DNA of 63,959 nucleotides, counting the filler, from Folioceros fuciformis (lineage: Eukaryota): assembly GCA_049999805.1 (NCBI GenBank). It is 7 parts of 7 records of this genome, joined end to end, with 100 filler letters (N's around TTAATTAATTAA, not from the genome) between each part and the next. Parts side by side here need not be neighbours in the genome. Positions count along the whole stretch, not along the records: positions 56,483 to 60,278 come from JBNGIO010003138.1; positions 60,379 to 62,364 come from JBNGIO010003139.1; positions 62,465 to 63,959 come from JBNGIO010003156.1; 4 more parts are not named here. The stretch is one strand, 5' to 3'. Made by a program: the position numbers and the translations under genes. Position 1 is the first letter of the stretch. Each line of letters starts with the position of its first letter. Of the stretch, positions 59,401 through 63,959 are shown piece after piece. The notes beneath the pieces were generated by a model. The model searched no databases. It was not told the origin of the DNA and saw only the letters and a program-made list of their open reading frames with translations.

Positions 59401-60278
59401 TCTCAGTTTTTGGAAAATCCCGGAAAAGAACATTGGACAAACTTGAAACGAGCCTTCCGTTACCTGAAAGGCACAGCAAAGATAGGCATAGCCTATAAGC
59501 ATCAAGAAAGAAAGCCACTTGACCTTGAAGTGTTTACGGATTCAGACTATGCAGGAGACATCGATAGTAGGAAATCAGTTTCAGGCTATGTTATTTCAGT
59601 TGCTGGAGGGCCTGTGTGCTGGTCTAGCAAGAAGCAACCAACAGTTGCTCTTTCTTCAACAGAGGCTGAATACAGGGTCCTGACAGCAGCAGCCAAAGAA
59701 ATAGTGTGGTGTAAGCTCTTGTTCAAGGAACTAGGTATACAGATACCAACTTGCACAACTATCCATATTGACAATCAGGGTTCAATGGCATTAGCAAGAA
59801 ATCCAGTATTCCATGCACGTGCAAAGCATGTGGAGGTGGAATACCACTACATAAGAGGACTTTTGACTGAAGAGAAAGTGGAGCTGCAGTATGTTCCGAC
59901 ACAGGATAACCCAGCAGATATACTTACCAAAGCTTTGAGCAAAGAAGCTCATTATAAGCACATGCAGCGTTTAGGGATGGGAGAGGCAGAAGCTCTCCTG
60001 TCCAACCTAAAATAACACAGAGTTCCTCTAAAGGCCCGAAGAGTTAGAGCTATCTGAAATCTTCTCTATCTCAACTCCTGACTGCAAGGTTTCGTAGATG
60101 GACTCATCTTCAGAATCAGAACTTGAGCAGTTGACGGGCGATAGACGGTCTTGATTAGACTTCACAGCTTTCCCTTTACTTTCCAGCCCTCTTTCTTCTT
60201 TTAACTTCTTAGTAGACTCTGCACAACAAGTGGGAGATATCAGAAAATATCAAGAACAACAAGAAATAGCAGCAGCAG
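56483..60278 (+). mobile_element. Ty1/copia element E: pol (PR-IN-RT-RH) with stops, PPT and start of the 3' LTR
   Basis: WYLDTGATAH, WHKRLGH, LRSDNGGEF, YKARLVARGF, VYVDD, DSDYAGD and ADILTKAL motifs. PPT aagtgggaga at ~60228-60237. Confidence 0.94.
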
Positions 60279-60378
60279 NNNNNNNNNNNNNNNNNNNNNN
60301 NNNNNNNNNNNNNNNNNNNNNNTTAATTAATTAANNNNNNNNNNNNNNNNNNNNNNNNNNNNNNNNNNNNNNNNNNNN
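60279..60378. other. Artificial contig spacer
   Basis: N44-TTAATTAATTAA-N44. Confidence 0.98.
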
Positions 60379-62364
60379 AAGGAGGATTGCACGATCTTCC
60401 TCACCCAGACCACAACGTTCTCTCCGCGACGGCTAGCTGGACCATCTCTTCCACACGTTGCTAGAACAAGGATGGCAACCACCGGAAGAGCGACACCTTG
60501 GCAACATCGAATTGACGTCAAGTCACTTTAGATCTTTCTCTAGTCGGAAACAGAGAAGATCAAGTGCTCGAAGGAGGAGAAATGGAACCGAAGATCTCCT
60601 CGTCTCTCAATCCAGCTTGAGTTCGGCACGTCGTGCAAGCTCTCCACGAGTACGTGAAGGACGATGCACGACCACGCGGAAAGGACCTGCACAAGAACCA
60701 ACACCGAATTTAGATGCATGGGGAGAAAGCGATGAAGATCTGCTGATAATTTCTCCTTCTGTACGACAATCCAAGCCAAATCGGAGACGCCAGGCAACAT
60801 CCTCATGTCCGGGTGCCTCACCCTGCGGCTGTCCCTCTCAAATTGCTGGAGAAATTGCAACAAAACAAGCAGGATTGGAACCTGGCTTTCTGGTGGATAT
60901 TTAGCCAAATACTGCACAATTTCCTTCAAATGCTGCAGGTGTGAGAATGCCCCTCCAGGGCGCCCAGGCTCATGCAGGTACTGTTGGCAATCGTGCTCAA
61001 AACTCTGAGATTTGGACCGGCGCGGCGTCAGGAGGAGTAGACGCGCCTCAGCGCGGTGGAGGTGCACCCGCGCGAGAAGGAGGTGCGCCCGCGCGCGCGG
61101 GGGGGGCAACTGGGGTAACCGCCCCCGGCCGCAAACCGGTTCAGCACGAACCGATATCCAACTTAAGTTGGATACCAGGCTAGGCGGTGGACCCGTTCGC
61201 GGGAACAGTGCACCCGTTCAACGAACGGGTGCGACCCCCGGCCTAATTTTGGCCCCCTTTAGTTGTGTTCAGAATTTTGCTGCTAATAATTTTCCTGCTG
61301 GCGCTTTAAACACAAAATCTCCTGGCGATTCTTCTGCACTTCCTCCTCAACCTCGGCGGTTACTTGCTATGCGATGTGTGCAACCAAAGCACGTTTTTCA
61401 ACCTGATACTTCGAACTTGGCGCTGACATTGGTGGCAGTCAAAGAGGAACCCAAATCACCAATCCACAACTTTGAGGCCCTGGAAGCTGCTTATACTGAG
61501 TATAAGTACAACGAGGTTCTCTCTCAAACTTCTACAGTGAAGCAGCGCTCACAACACTATCAAAAGCTTTGGGAGTCCATAACCAATTTGGTGCATGACG
61601 TGGAAACTGTACGCAAACTTGAGTCCAACTTCAATAGTGACTCAGTTCCAGACAATTCTCAATTGCTGTAGTGATTTGACAGTGGTCCATAGGTGGCTAG
61701 TGCGACATTTGTGAATACTATGTTCATCGCTACTATCTTCTACTTTGGTGTTATCCTAAGCCCTGTGTTATAACACTGTGCTTGCCTAACTCACTGTTGA
61801 AGATAAAATCACAAGGATGACAGGATCTGGTTCCGGATCTAGTACATCACTTGCCACTCCACCTACGGCCCCTGTAATTAATGTTATGAATGTTTCTATG
61901 GATTTTAAAGAAAAGGACCGATTTAATGGCACAAAGTATGAGGTTTGGTCACGACGAATGAAAACTGCTTTGAATACTCGTGACCTGCTGTCCATTGTGG
62001 ACGGAACTTCACCCAAGCCTTCGGCACCTCAATCGGCTGTCGATGCTTGGCTGAAACTTGATCGTCAAGCCATGCACATGTTAATTTCCGGCCTTGACGA
62101 GACTACTCTACACCATACTGATGGTGCAACTACAGCAGCAGAAGCGTGGAAGCAGATAAATGACATTTATCAGTCCACCAATGTGATGACTTTGGTCACG
62201 GTGCGTCGTATGCAATCTGGTGATAGTATTGCTCAACATGTGAGTCGATTTCGGTACCTCCGGGCACAATTGGCTGCACTAGGCACTACTTTATCTGAGT
62301 TTGATGCTGCTGTACAATTGTTGGCTAGCCTTCCGGCTAGCTATCAATCCTTTGTCTCTTCTCA
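60379..62364 (+). mobile_element. Copia element F: long 5' leader and gag (61817 onward), close relative of copia A
   Basis: KEKDRFNGTKYEVWSRRMKTALNTRDLLSIVDG...FRYLRAQLAAL...QLLASLPASY is nearly collinear with the copia A gag. Confidence 0.88.
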
Positions 62365-62464
62365 NNNNNNNNNNNNNNNNNNNNNNNNNNNNNNNNNNNN
62401 NNNNNNNNTTAATTAATTAANNNNNNNNNNNNNNNNNNNNNNNNNNNNNNNNNNNNNNNNNNNN
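62365..62464. other. Artificial contig spacer
   Basis: N44-TTAATTAATTAA-N44. Confidence 0.98.
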
Positions 62465-62466
62465 GA

Positions 62467-63819
62467 GTGTGGAGCAACATCATTCGGTGTGGCCAACAGC
62501 TACAAAACATCAATTGGGGAGAGGCCCATGCAATGATTGCAGCCCTACTACAGGAGGACATAAGTCAGGATGCAAACCAGGCACGACTAGAATCCAAAGT
62601 GCAGGAATTGGAAAAGGAGCGAGGACAATATCTCCTCAAGGATGGTGAGCAAAGGCAAGGAGTGGAGAAGTTGACCCAGGAGGTGACTACGTTGTAGACT
62701 TCCCAACAAGGTTTATCACATGAGATCATTGCATGTCGAAGGGACCTCGCCCAATCTGAGGAAACTAGGAAGGTGGTGGAGGAATAGCTACGGGAACAAG
62801 TCTACCTTGCAAAGGATTTACAAGGCAAGCTAGATGAGTTGGAGGAATAGAATGCTAAAGCGAACCAGGAACTCTAGCAACGCCTTGAAGCAGGGCAACG
62901 AGAGCAAGTGGAGAGGGAACAATTGACCATCCAATTAGAAGACCTTCGGTAGGAGAAAGCACAACAAGTTGAGCACCAGACCAAGATTCACAGGATGCTG
63001 GTGGTTCGAGCTCGTAGGTTTCGTGTTGACTATGCCTACTTGATGGGGTGCATGACCAAGCTTCATGCAACTCATCAAGAAAACCTTGGCCTACAGATGA
63101 AGGTAAGGGCGATGGAGGCTGAATGGGATATCTACAAGAGTAGATGCGAGGGTGGGGATTGGGTTGTTGACATGGATACCATAGATCTAGCTCAACAGAA
63201 TCGCAACCTCCACCTACACCAAGGACTACTCGCTCATCATAAGGAACTAGCAGCACTGGCAAGACGAAGGTATCTTGGGCCACATAATGACAACCGTGAG
63301 GCCCTGGAGTTAGTGCCCCTACCAACAGACTTTCAAGAGGACAGCAGTATGGACCTGGAGAGCTTGCAATGGGAACCTGAGGAGCTGCTATGGGCTAGGA
63401 AGAGCATGCAACAAGGGGTACCTACTTCCGTAGGGAACCTACCTACGAGAGGAGGGGTAGGGAACCTACCTACGAGAGGAGGGGAAGGAATGGTAGGGAC
63501 CCTACCTACGGAGGGAGCAACAGGTACCCTACATATGGAGGGAATATTCCCACCCTGCGTAGGGAAGGAGCTTCAAGATGAGGAACAAGGGGATCCCTCC
63601 CCTACCAAACTTGTGGGTGGTGGTGAAGGGATAGCCCAAGAGATCCACACAGAGGAAGGTACGGTGGAAGCTCGTGGATCCAAAAGAAGACGAATCCCAA
63701 TAATGGAGGGGGGCCCAGTAGCTCAGCCTTCGACTCTGCCTCCCTTCAGGAGCCATCCTAGCCATACCTTTTTGAAAAGGGGGTCAACGAATCTTCTATG
63801 GCGGCACCGACAGTCCTAA
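62467..63819 (+). pseudogene. Decayed coiled-coil/acidic ORF, probably TE-associated
   Basis: One frame (62467-62697 continuing to 62995-63819) is broken only by TAG stops and has E/Q/L/K-rich heptad-like segments. No catalytic motif. Confidence 0.4.
63430..63546. repeat. 27-bp in-frame repeats (VGNLPTRGG)
   Basis: gtagggaacctacctacgagaggaggg occurs twice exactly, plus two degenerate copies. Confidence 0.85.
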
Positions 63820-63959
63820 TCTTCATCGGCGCGCATTGCCTTAGCAGCTATTGGTAGGTCTTAGCCTCTTGGTAGGTGTGCATAGTTAAAGCTGGCCGTG
63901 GCTAGTGGTAGATAGGAAGCCGTCTGCCATCCTATATAAGTAGAACGAAGAACTTGAGC

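Overview
This is land-plant nuclear DNA, most likely from a fern or another seed-free plant (inferred from very long PLS-class PPR genes with fern-like E motifs). It consists of seven contigs joined by artificial 100-nt spacers (N44-TTAATTAATTAA-N44). Most of the window is decayed Ty1/copia retrotransposons, including a fully resolved nested pair with LTRs, PBS, PPT and 5-bp TSDs. The outer element of that pair has unusual AG...CT LTR termini. Intact host genes occur only in contig 32362-44486: a 4-exon eIF1/SUI1, an 8-Cys nsLTP/prolamin-like secreted protein and two tandem PLS-E PPR genes, one carrying an N-terminal OSB-type PDF ssDNA-binding motif. The most unusual locus is ~23213-26497, a spliced, pseudogenised gene that fuses a ParB/sulfiredoxin-like domain to a prokaryote-type beta-class N6A/N4C DNA methyltransferase. 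One of its introns holds five 36-bp palindromes separated by 26-nt spacers (62-bp period). Also present are a decayed intron-containing IS3/rve-like DDE transposase, a probable CRE/R2-clade non-LTR fragment and several unidentified decayed ORFs. All family assignments come from motifs recognised by eye; no searches were run.
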